A stretch of 39,792 nt of DNA from NCBI GenBank assembly GCA_030527905.1, contig JAUMZX010000001.1:1-39792 (forward strand), given 5' to 3'. Below, piece by piece: positions 27,341 through 34,870 of the stretch (its first letter is position 1; every line of letters starts with the position of its first letter). The notes beneath the pieces were generated by a model that did not search any database, was not told the DNA's origin, and worked only from the letters and a program-made list of their open reading frames with translations. The position numbers and the translations under genes were made by a program. Origin of the DNA: Cardiobacteriaceae bacterium. GTDB taxonomy: Bacteria; Pseudomonadota; Gammaproteobacteria; Cardiobacteriales; Cardiobacteriaceae.

Positions 27341-27389
27341 ATAAAGGTACTATATAGTTTTAAAGAGACTATATATAACTCTTACTATC

Positions 27390-27418
27390 AGTATACCACA
27401 CCTGAAATATAGATGCAA
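27390..27418 (-). promoter_or_regulatory. Sigma70-type promoter for the large ncRNA
   Basis: Minus strand TTGCAT-17 nt-TATACT with extended -10 TG; start site near 27383. Confidence 0.8.
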
Positions 27419-27476
27419 CACTAAACACCAACTTTCTTACTAGAACAAAAAAGTCTAAAAATCTTTCAAAAAGTTG

Positions 27477-27504
27477 TTGACATTCAAAATATTTGCGCTA
27501 CACT
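27477..27504 (+). promoter_or_regulatory. Sigma70-type early promoter, divergent from the ncRNA promoter
   Basis: TTGACA-16 nt-TACACT with an A-tract upstream. Confidence 0.75.
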
Positions 27505-27593
27505 GAAGACAGTTAAACGAACGGCAGCCGCCGAAACGAAACGAAACCTTAACAACTCAAGTATTAAAATATTAAACGAAAGGAATAATTATC

Positions 27594-27695
27594 ATGAACA
27601 ACATTAAGAATAAACTAATTGAATCATTTAATATCTGGTGGGAGCGCCGAAAGGTTATCCGCGATATGGAGAGGCGCGATTATTCAGTTATCTAA
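27594..27695 (+). CDS. Small early protein (33 aa)
   Basis: RBS AAAGGA; MNNIKNKLIESFNIWWERRKVIRDMERRDYSVI. Confidence 0.6.
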   Translation: MNNIKNKLIESFNIWWERRKVIRDMERRDYSVI

Positions 27696-27736
27696 TACAA
27701 CTTACTTGCAAATTAAAAGTAATAGGAGATACAACA

Positions 27737-27991
27737 ATGTTAGACCAAGATTTAAACACAGCTAAAGCAGCTAACAAATTTAACTTTATCCAGATCTACG
27801 CCGATAAGGTGGAGGTTGACACTCAAGATCAATCAGTAGTACTAAGCGGGGTTGATCCGGCTCAGGTGGTGGCCGAGTTTGGTATACAAACCATCTTAGA
27901 GGAGATTGAGCTAAGCGACATCATGGACTTTGTAGACGAGCAGATGAAGCAACTTAAAGAGGACTATGAGGATGAAAAAGCTAACCGTTAG
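27737..27991 (+). CDS. Acidic hypothetical early protein
   Basis: RBS AGGAG before ATG 27737, preferred to the ORF-track start. Confidence 0.75.
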   Translation: MLDQDLNTAKAANKFNFIQIYADKVEVDTQDQSVVLSGVDPAQVVAEFGIQTILEEIELSDIMDFVDEQMKQLKEDYEDEKANR

Positions 27992-28049
27992 TGAGTATAT
28001 AGCGCTGGTATGCGATATTAACAAAGTAAAACTATAAAGGACAAAGGCG

Positions 28050-28298
28050 ATGAGTAAGGTAAAGGCGGTATTACGGGGAGTCTCGTGGATTGTAGTTATT
28101 GCAGTAGCGGTGCAGATAGCGAGCTTAGCGGTTAAGGGTGTGGCGATGGACAATCCACCACAGTATGTACAGGACGAGCGAGCTATTCAGCGGGCGCGAC
28201 TAGACGTGCACTATCATAACGACACTAAAGAACAGATGGTACAGACTAGCGAATATACTGGTAACGACTGGTGCAAGCAGTATGGGTGCGAGGATTAA
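28050..28298 (+). CDS. Hypothetical protein with N-terminal signal/TM
   Basis: Basic N-terminus then hydrophobic helix. Confidence 0.7.
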   Translation: MSKVKAVLRGVSWIVVIAVAVQIASLAVKGVAMDNPPQYVQDERAIQRARLDVHYHNDTKEQMVQTSEYTGNDWCKQYGCED

Positions 28299-28299
28299 C

Positions 28300-28500
28300 A
28301 TGTTACCTTACAGTGGATCACCTAAATTTATTGAAGACTTCGCCGATTTTGTCAACTGGACACTTGAGATGCTATACAAAGTGCCGGTAATTGGTGGAGC
28401 ATTAGCATTAGCCGGGGTTATCTTTTGGCACTTTCTCGCCTACGCAATGGTTACCTGGGCAACAGTAATGGTTATTTTACTAGTAATGGAGGTATTGTGA
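28300..28500 (+). CDS. Small membrane protein
   Basis: RBS GAGGA before ATG 28300; two hydrophobic segments. Confidence 0.7.
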   Translation: MLPYSGSPKFIEDFADFVNWTLEMLYKVPVIGGALALAGVIFWHFLAYAMVTWATVMVILLVMEVL

Positions 28501-29015
28501 ACAAAAAACAGGTAAATGCTTTCCTGAGGGTTGTGTATAAAGGCAACGACAGGCCGGCAATTACTAGCGTGTTGATTGATAAGGTGCAGGGCAGGACGTG
28601 CATTGTCGGCACTAACGGGGCAATGTTGGCACTAGTCTTTATTGACGGGCTAGATGATTATGTTGGGAAGCAAATCTCGCGGATCGACTTAGAGGCTAAA
28701 GCTAAATCAATGACAACTAGAGTGTCAGATGCGCTTGATGCGATGGCGGTTATAGACTTAGTTCGAGTAGGGCGTAAGGTGGAAACTAATTTTCCCCCTT
28801 ATATGGATATACTTACCCCATACCTAGTGAACAAGCCAGTGGGGCAAGCTCAAATGAAGTTTAACGCTGAATTTTTCAAGACAATCCAAGATATTGATGG
28901 CGGGGCTTCATTAATTGTTGACCTTTATGGGGAAATTAAACCAATGATATTTAAGAGCGAGCGCGGCATTTACGTAGTCATGCCGATGACTCTCAAAGAG
29001 CCTGACTCGCTTTAA
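28497..29015 (+). CDS. Truncated DNA polymerase III beta-clamp-like protein
   Basis: GTG after GGAGGT; DRPAITSV, VGTNGAMLA, FPPYMDIL, FNAEFF, VVMPM correspond to DnaN domain II/III motifs. Confidence 0.72.
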   Translation: MNKKQVNAFLRVVYKGNDRPAITSVLIDKVQGRTCIVGTNGAMLALVFIDGLDDYVGKQISRIDLEAKAKSMTTRVSDALDAMAVIDLVRVGRKVETNFPPYMDILTPYLVNKPVGQAQMKFNAEFFKTIQDIDGGASLIVDLYGEIKPMIFKSERGIYVVMPMTLKEPDSL

Positions 29016-29079
29016 ACCCGGCCAAGCGCTCTTATTCGGCGAGATTGCAGGACTGGAGATTCTGGTATCTCCACCAAAA

Positions 29080-29268
29080 GTGCTAGAGGCTGACGGGCAG
29101 AAAGTGGTTAGCTTTATCGTCTCCGAGGAGGACAGAAAACTCCCGGGCTACGTAGAGGCAATTACTGATAAAGCTAAAAAGCTTAAGCCAACTGTTAAAT
29201 CAAATAATCGCCAGTACTGGGCAAGTCTTTACTGGCAGAAAAAGAGGAGAATGAGGAATGACAGATAG
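29080..29268 (+). CDS. Hypothetical protein (start uncertain)
   Basis: ORF track; the frame is open back to ~28993. Confidence 0.55.
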   Translation: MLEADGQKVVSFIVSEEDRKLPGYVEAITDKAKKLKPTVKSNNRQYWASLYWQKKRRMRNDR

Positions 29269-29572
29269 CGAATTAATGGCTTATCTAGATGAGATTGAGC
29301 GCGAAGTAGACCGGGATATTTACGATCCTAATATGACAATCGCCCTAGAGGAGAAGTACAACCACTGGCGCGAGGTGTCCAAACAAATCCACGCCTTACA
29401 CCCAATGAAGCGAATAGAGACACCTGGCCCGGTTAAATGGGGCAAGACCGTTAAAGTAAAGCTTGATAACGTCCAGCGATTCTACTACAGCCACGATATG
29501 GGCGTTGGATTCATCTGGATTAACGAGATGAGCGATAGTAGTTTAGAGCCTCTAGGTGAGAATAAAAATTAA
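29258..29572 (+). CDS. Hypothetical protein
   Basis: RBS GAGGAG; overlaps the previous gene. Confidence 0.7.
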   Translation: MTDSELMAYLDEIEREVDRDIYDPNMTIALEEKYNHWREVSKQIHALHPMKRIETPGPVKWGKTVKVKLDNVQRFYYSHDMGVGFIWINEMSDSSLEPLGENKN

Positions 29573-29656
29573 AGGTAGGTAATTATATCTATTCAACATT
29601 AAAAACGATTCTACGGCCTATCAGTAGCCTTAGAACGTAAAATAGAAAGGGATCTG

Positions 29657-29881
29657 ATGAGTAAGAAAGTAACAGTTAACAAAAATACAACTAAGATGGT
29701 AGCCGCAGGGCTTGCCGGGGTGCTTCTAGTAATCCTCGGGGTTGTCGGCACACTTAAGTATCAAGGCTTTGTTAACTCGATTAAGGCGCAAGGTGTCGCT
29801 GAGTATAAGCAGGATAAGTGCGAAAACTTTAGCAAGGACAACTCTAGTTGGTTAGAATGCGAAGTAAAGCGCGCAAAGTAA
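29657..29881 (+). CDS. Single-TM hypothetical protein
   Basis: RBS AAGGG; hydrophobic helix; two C-terminal Cys. Confidence 0.72.
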   Translation: MSKKVTVNKNTTKMVAAGLAGVLLVILGVVGTLKYQGFVNSIKAQGVAEYKQDKCENFSKDNSSWLECEVKRAK

Positions 29882-30075
29882 AGAAGCAGCCAATTCTTTT
29901 CTGGGACATTATCGAGGTAAACGGCGTGAAGTATAAAGCTGGGATAACGCGCAAACAACGCGAGCAGCTCGATAGATGGGTCTACGTCTACGACGAGAAG
30001 GTTCATAAACCAGTCAAGGATGCCGCGAAGTTCATGGCCAGGGCGCATTTGAGAATAATAGAGAGTCGTCAATAG
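29848..30075 (+). CDS. Small basic hypothetical protein
   Basis: ORF track; stop lies in the terminator loop. Confidence 0.6.
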   Translation: MVRMRSKARKVKKQPILFWDIIEVNGVKYKAGITRKQREQLDRWVYVYDEKVHKPVKDAAKFMARAHLRIIESRQ

Positions 30076-30095
30076 CCGACTCTCTATTTGATTTT
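30058..30095 (+). terminator. Intrinsic terminator of the first early operon
   Basis: 11-bp stem ATAGAGAGTCG/CGACTCTCTAT followed by TTGATTTT. Confidence 0.75.
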
Positions 30096-30362
30096 GTATG
30101 CATTTTGTTCTATAAATATTACACCATAATTTAATACAAAAATCAAACTTAGTTTAGCTACTAAACTATTTTTTTAAGTTTTTGTACGTGTTTTGTTCTA
30201 AAAAATTTTAGTCAAATTGGCGTTTTTCTAAAAAAAGTCAAAAAAGTCTAAAGTGGGTAATTTCTCTATTTTTGGGGCTAAAATGGCCTATTTTGGGGTG
30301 TTTTAGTTCCAAAAGTGGGTAATTTTAGAAAAAACCTGTGGAAAATTTTAGTCAACTTGACA
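30092..30362. other. AT-rich repeat region, candidate replication origin
   Basis: Direct repeats AAAGTGGGTAATTT (30250, 30312), AAAATTTTAGTCAA (30202, 30342), TTTTGTA....TTTTGTTCTA (30092, 30180); DnaA-box-like TGTGGAAAA near 30337. Confidence 0.55.
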
Positions 30363-30721
30363 AAGTGAGGATCCGAGGGGAGTAATAATTTGATAAAACA
30401 GATACATATAGGAGCTTACGGAGTAAGCGACCAGCTTTGAGCAAGGAGCCGAACGTAAGGGAGAGAGGCGACGCAGAGAAAAGCGCAGCGAAAGACAAGT
30501 AAGTGAACGAGTAAGGACACAGAGTGGCCGACGAATGAACTGCAACTTGTTCTTGAGCAATAGCGGCGAAGACAAGTAATGGGAGTGACGTATAGGAACT
30601 TCCATTAGTTGTTGTAGCCCTTTGGAGAACGGCGAGTGATCCAAAGGTTATAACACTTGATGTTATGTAAATAACCATTAAGACAACTAAGTATTAATAA
30701 ACTAATAAACAGATTACTAAC

Positions 30722-30770
30722 AAGCCCGCGGATTCTACTAGCTAAAGAGTCGGCGGGTTTCTTTAATTTT
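30722..30770 (+). terminator. Terminator-like hairpin
   Basis: AAGCCCGC...GCGGGTTT followed by CTTTAATTTT. Confidence 0.6.
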
Positions 30771-30783
30771 CCCATTAAAGGCC

Positions 30784-30812
30784 TTGTATTTATCCATTAC
30801 TTGGAGTATAAT
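30784..30812 (+). promoter_or_regulatory. Sigma70-type promoter of the second early operon
   Basis: TTGTAT-17 nt-TATAAT. Confidence 0.8.
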
Positions 30813-30887
30813 GGTTAGTAGATAGAACGAAGGTTATAGCAGCTTAACAACTGGGCAATTATTAACTTAAAAGAGAAGATAAAATAA

Positions 30888-31052
30888 ATGGATGAAATAG
30901 AACAGATTGTAAATAGCTATGTAGAGCGCGCAAATAAGCTTGGCGTTAATGATGTAGCTAATCTACTTACCGATTCACTGGGTAGGATGAGACTTGCTAT
31001 CTTATCAGTCGAAATTCTAGAAGAAGCGAAGAGCGAGGAAGCAAATGGTTAG
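30888..31052 (+). CDS. Small hypothetical protein (54 aa)
   Basis: First ORF after the promoter; overlaps the next start. Confidence 0.6.
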   Translation: MDEIEQIVNSYVERANKLGVNDVANLLTDSLGRMRLAILSVEILEEAKSEEANG

Positions 31053-31296
31053 TGTGTGTATGTATAAGCCGGAGAATAGCAGCGGGGATAAAGGGCCCAA
31101 CCTTAAAGAGGTAGCTGATCTATTAATGGATGCAGCAGCTGCTATTTATCGGGTTAATTACGATTCAGGTGCAATGCAGGCGGTGAACTTTCACGTTAAT
31201 GAGGCATTAAAAGAATTGCGCGCATTTACTGAGCGTAAAGAGAAAGATTGCTTAACCGCCTTTAGCGGGCGAGATGGGATGGTTAAAGACGTATAA
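31045..31296 (+). CDS. Hypothetical protein
   Basis: RBS GAGGA; ORF track. Confidence 0.6.
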   Translation: MVSVCMYKPENSSGDKGPNLKEVADLLMDAAAAIYRVNYDSGAMQAVNFHVNEALKELRAFTERKEKDCLTAFSGRDGMVKDV

Positions 31297-31477
31297 GATA
31301 TCAGTACGACCAAAGCAGATTACGCTATATGTTAAAGAGTTTAACTACGGCGCTGAATGGCTTGAGTCGAACACCACCCATATGCAGCCGGCGAATTTGA
31401 CTCAGAGGAGCTGATGGATCTAGAGAAGTATATAGATCGCGCACTTAGCGTTGAGATAGATAGTATTGGAGAGTTAG

Positions 31478-31708
31478 ATGACTAAAACACATATAGTGAA
31501 GCTAATAGCGACAACTATACTGAGTATTGCTTTGGCGCTAATCTTACCTGCTATATCCTGGTTTCTTATTATGTTTATATATAACTTTAATAAGTGGGTT
31601 ACATCACTTATAGGTGGTAATGAGATGGCCGCAGCGACTATGACTGTCGTGCCATGTCTGCTAATCATAGTACGTGCAGCTCGCTTAATTGAGGACGGAG
31701 AGAATTAA
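31478..31708 (+). CDS. Two-TM membrane protein
   Basis: RBS GGAG; two hydrophobic helices. Confidence 0.7.
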   Translation: MTKTHIVKLIATTILSIALALILPAISWFLIMFIYNFNKWVTSLIGGNEMAAATMTVVPCLLIIVRAARLIEDGEN

Positions 31709-31912
31709 ATGAAGCAACAGATTCTAGAGATTTTAGATGAGTCAACAAGTAACGGCATGAAGGCTGATGATATTGTGCAGCTTTTAGAACAACGACGCCA
31801 AGATGCGATTGAGAAATGGGAAGATATTCTACAAGAGGACGAGCGAAGCGGCTACGACGTATTGTATGGTGTAGTAGATGATATGATAACAGAGGAGTTG
31901 AGCGATGAATGA
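31709..31912 (+). CDS. Acidic hypothetical protein
   Basis: RBS GGAG; coupled to neighbours. Confidence 0.72.
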   Translation: MKQQILEILDESTSNGMKADDIVQLLEQRRQDAIEKWEDILQEDERSGYDVLYGVVDDMITEELSDE

Positions 31913-32168
31913 GACATGGCGAGGATCTGCATTATGTACGCAGACAGATCCGGAAGTTTTCTTTCCACAGAACAAAGCATATATGGATGATTATAGCGGG
32001 TATGGCAGTTACAATGCGGCACGAAAGATTTGTGCAGAGTGTCCAGTTAATGGTGAATGTCTAGCTGATGCGTTGATGACTGGTGATGTAGAGTACGGCA
32101 TGCGCGGCGGGCTAACACCACGCGAGCGTATGGGTATTCTAGCTACGAAGGTGGTAATGTATGAGTGA
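31905..32168 (+). CDS. whiB: WhiB family Fe-S transcription factor
   Basis: W...ALC...DPEVFFP, ARKICAECPV..EC (4 Cys), G(MR)GGLT.RER. Confidence 0.93.
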   Translation: MNETWRGSALCTQTDPEVFFPQNKAYMDDYSGYGSYNAARKICAECPVNGECLADALMTGDVEYGMRGGLTPRERMGILATKVVMYE

Positions 32169-32550
32169 TGGAGAAAATATGATTGGAGAGCTACGGATCA
32201 AACTAAGTAATATAGAATACGCATGGCATGAGTTATCTGAAATAACATATTAACATGGAGATAAGCTTGTCGATATAGAGACAAAGATTGCCGCAGCACT
32301 ATTACATATAAATGATGCGGCCAATAATGTTCGTGATCTTATCACCAGAATAGAGAGGGAAGATGTATACAAGATAAAAATATTAGATACCGACCTATAT
32401 CTTATTCATATTAACGAGTACGAGACGACAGTAACCACAAACAAGAAAGCGGCCAAAGCCTACGATAGTGCCGATGTGTACGACGCTAAGGTGCTGGCCG
32501 AGAAGCAGGGGTTCGCATTAAGAGCGGAGGTAATTGATGCTACTAACTAA
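32161..32550 (+). pseudogene. 130-codon frame interrupted by one in-frame TAA (32251-32253)
   Basis: Overlaps the whiB stop and next start like a normal operon gene, but codon 31 is TAA and no in-frame start follows soon after. Confidence 0.55.
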
Positions 32551-32710
32551 ATACAAAGTGCAAGAGATTATTGACGACATAGAGATTAGCGTAGATGATC
32601 TAGAAAAATATTCAGGAGTTAAATTGGACGATGATAGCGCTATCTTGGTTAGCAACGCAATTGAGATGTTAAAAGAACAAATCATAGATGAACTATGGAG
32701 AGTATCATGA
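32537..32710 (+). CDS. Small acidic protein (57 aa)
   Basis: RBS GGAGGT; MLLTKYKVQEIIDDIEISVDDLEKYSG... Confidence 0.7.
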   Translation: MLLTKYKVQEIIDDIEISVDDLEKYSGVKLDDDSAILVSNAIEMLKEQIIDELWRVS

Positions 32711-32910
32711 TGGATCGCGACAGTCTTTACTATGTAGAATTGGCAGTAAGCGGTGAACCACCTAACTTTAGCAAGGGGAAGTGGGCGGAGCTTGACGATG
32801 CCGTTGATAATTTTGATTCGCTCCGAATATCTACTGCTATGAGAGAAAATGTGAATAGTAAGGGTATCGAAATACGTCTTTGGTCATACGAAGAGCGGCG
32901 AAAAAGGTAA
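32707..32910 (+). CDS. Hypothetical protein
   Basis: RBS GGAG; ATGA coupling. Confidence 0.65.
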   Translation: MMDRDSLYYVELAVSGEPPNFSKGKWAELDDAVDNFDSLRISTAMRENVNSKGIEIRLWSYEERRKR

Positions 32911-32938
32911 GATTAATAAATGTAAAAAAGGGGAATAA

Positions 32939-33415
32939 ATGAACTACAACACACCAAAACTAAACCAAGAAAATAACGACAAGTGGGCACAATTCGACAC
33001 ATTAAGTGATCACTTGCGCGGGCATTGTAAACACCGAACGGAGGAGAGTATGGCAGAATACAAAAAACATATTGGCCAAGGTAATGACATGATGGCAGAC
33101 CAGTTAGCATTGCCACATGGCGTATTCAAGGGCAACACAGTAGAGCCAGCAGCTGAGGTGCGCGGGCGAGGGCTCGAACCCCATGACTGGGAGACGCCAG
33201 AAGCTGAAGCCTTCCAGCCTGTAATGTTTGAGATGCAAGAGATGGTAGACGGGTTACCCGAGGAAGAGCTACAAACCTATAAGGATCAGATGCTTTCTGA
33301 GATTAGCGACCGTGAAGCTATCGTTGATGCTATCAACCGCCGGCTTGATACTGTAAACGCTAAGGCATACACACGCGACGTGCGTAATGCTATCACTAAG
33401 CAGGTGAAGATGTAG
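32939..33415 (+). CDS. Hypothetical protein with C-terminal coiled coil
   Basis: RBS AAGGGG; ORF track. Confidence 0.78.
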   Translation: MNYNTPKLNQENNDKWAQFDTLSDHLRGHCKHRTEESMAEYKKHIGQGNDMMADQLALPHGVFKGNTVEPAAEVRGRGLEPHDWETPEAEAFQPVMFEMQEMVDGLPEEELQTYKDQMLSEISDREAIVDAINRRLDTVNAKAYTRDVRNAITKQVKM

Positions 33416-33834
33416 TGAAACTCAGTGAATTTAGAAAGGCTGTACGGCGTTTGGGTTTGACACATTCTGGAGAAAAGCGCTGCATCTATATATCTGAAGA
33501 TGGCAATACGTGCGCATCGGTGGCGCTTCGCGTTCCGTCTGTCGCCTGTATTAGTGTCGACGGCATGAAGGATGAGAATACCAGGGCAAGGCTAATTAAT
33601 CTTGTAGCGGAATTTGCGAATACGCCACTATCTGATCGACATGAGAAAGTAATCGCCGAACATGCTAACGGATCATATGTAAAAGAAGTTACTCTACTTA
33701 TGATGGGCGAGCCTGCTCTCAGAGTTGAGATGACAAACAATTATGCTGAAGCAAACAACGGCATCTCTAGTATAGAGCGCGAATGGCTCAACAACTTCTT
33801 TGGCGATAAGATAAGTTATATTGAGGAGTATTAG
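33415..33834 (+). CDS. Hypothetical phage protein (paralog family, copy 1)
   Basis: MKLSEFRKAVRRLGL...EFANTPLSDR. Confidence 0.72.
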   Translation: MKLSEFRKAVRRLGLTHSGEKRCIYISEDGNTCASVALRVPSVACISVDGMKDENTRARLINLVAEFANTPLSDRHEKVIAEHANGSYVKEVTLLMMGEPALRVEMTNNYAEANNGISSIEREWLNNFFGDKISYIEEY

Positions 33835-33835
33835 T

Positions 33836-34021
33836 ATGACAACTGACGATTTCAGAAATAAAGTTGAGAACCTAGGCTTTAACACTTATCGCGGTAATAA
33901 TACTATCTCAATCGAGCGGTCAGGTGTAGTTGTCGCATCAATATCTATTGGTAAGTGGGCAAGATACGATTTTGGTTCGCGGAAGCTTGTCAGGGCAGAA
34001 AAGATGCCGCAATATGGATAG
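33836..34021 (+). CDS. Hypothetical phage protein (paralog copy 2, probably truncated)
   Basis: RBS GAGGAG; MTTDDFRNKVENLGF...VVASIS. Confidence 0.62.
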   Translation: MTTDDFRNKVENLGFNTYRGNNTISIERSGVVVASISIGKWARYDFGSRKLVRAEKMPQYG

Positions 34022-34057
34022 GATACATAACATTAAGGTAGAAAAAGAGAGGGTGTA

Positions 34058-34288
34058 ATGAATACTAGTTTATTTGTAGGTCTTTGTGAGGATGCAGAGC
34101 TTGAGGTAGATCTAGGTAGAAATTTAACAAGTGTCACAGCGCCAAACGGGACGCTCGTTGCGATGATTAATGAGTCAGATCACGGTCTTTACTGGATTAA
34201 TACTTATGGGATTAGTCGAGAACTAGCAATTCAAGTGACTGAAATTGTCGTACCCTATTCACTCACCTCAATTGAGGAGCGAGAATGA
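34058..34288 (+). CDS. Hypothetical phage protein (paralog copy 3)
   Basis: MNTSLFVGLCEDAEL...LVAMIN...YSLTSIEERE. Confidence 0.7.
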   Translation: MNTSLFVGLCEDAELEVDLGRNLTSVTAPNGTLVAMINESDHGLYWINTYGISRELAIQVTEIVVPYSLTSIEERE

Positions 34289-34572
34289 AAGGGGTGTTGC
34301 TAAAGAACGGCGAACTGACTAGAGTTTTCGACTATATAGACGACGAAACGATAGGCTATGAATTTCTAACATGCGGCGTTGATTTAAATACTTATCGATG
34401 GTTTGTGTCTGGGCGTAGCAACTACGTATATAGTCCGGACGGGAAAATTGAATTACGCGAGGTCACAGATGACCATCTTAAAGACATAGTAGAGAAACGT
34501 ATTAGTGAGGTTAAAAAAGAGTTGTATTGCCTAGAGGAAATTAAGGAGGATTACAGTGGCGGAAGTGATTAA
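34285..34572 (+). CDS. Hypothetical protein
   Basis: RBS GAGGAG; ATGA coupling. Confidence 0.72.
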   Translation: MKGVLLKNGELTRVFDYIDDETIGYEFLTCGVDLNTYRWFVSGRSNYVYSPDGKIELREVTDDHLKDIVEKRISEVKKELYCLEEIKEDYSGGSD

Positions 34573-34870
34573 TGATGACGTGTCTACTGCTATCCGCAAC
34601 CGAGTGCAACCAGACCCCGACTATAATGAGATGGCGGAGCGGTTAGGTGAAGTAGGTCTGTCTGTTGTGCGCCATAGCCGTAGGTGGTTCACTATTCGCA
34701 AAGAGGATACCGACATTGTAGAGGTTTACATTAACCGGTATACGGCACTTAACGGTATTGACACTGATCTCATTGCAGAAGAGGTCGGCAAGCTGCTTAC
34801 TCATAAGCGTAAGTTTGCAGAGTCGCACCAAAATAGTTGGGACGCACGATGGAACAAGAAGAGGCGTTAG
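34556..34870 (+). CDS. Hypothetical protein
   Basis: RBS AAGGAGG before GTG. Confidence 0.72.
   Translation: MAEVINDDVSTAIRNRVQPDPDYNEMAERLGEVGLSVVRHSRRWFTIRKEDTDIVEVYINRYTALNGIDTDLIAEEVGKLLTHKRKFAESHQNSWDARWNKKRR

Noticed and set aside
30646-30673. Additional dif site (TTATGTAAATA arm)
   Set aside because: The partner arm does not fit the consensus and the segment is part of a local hairpin.
30348-30678. Minus-strand ORFs of 98 and 108 aa
   Set aside because: Leu/Ser-rich translations of a pyrimidine-rich strand, against the local gene direction; the hairpins explain the region better.
32251-32253. Stop-codon reassignment (alternative genetic code)
   Set aside because: Only one in-frame stop case; long genes are intact in code 11 and TAA, TAG and TGA all end genes.
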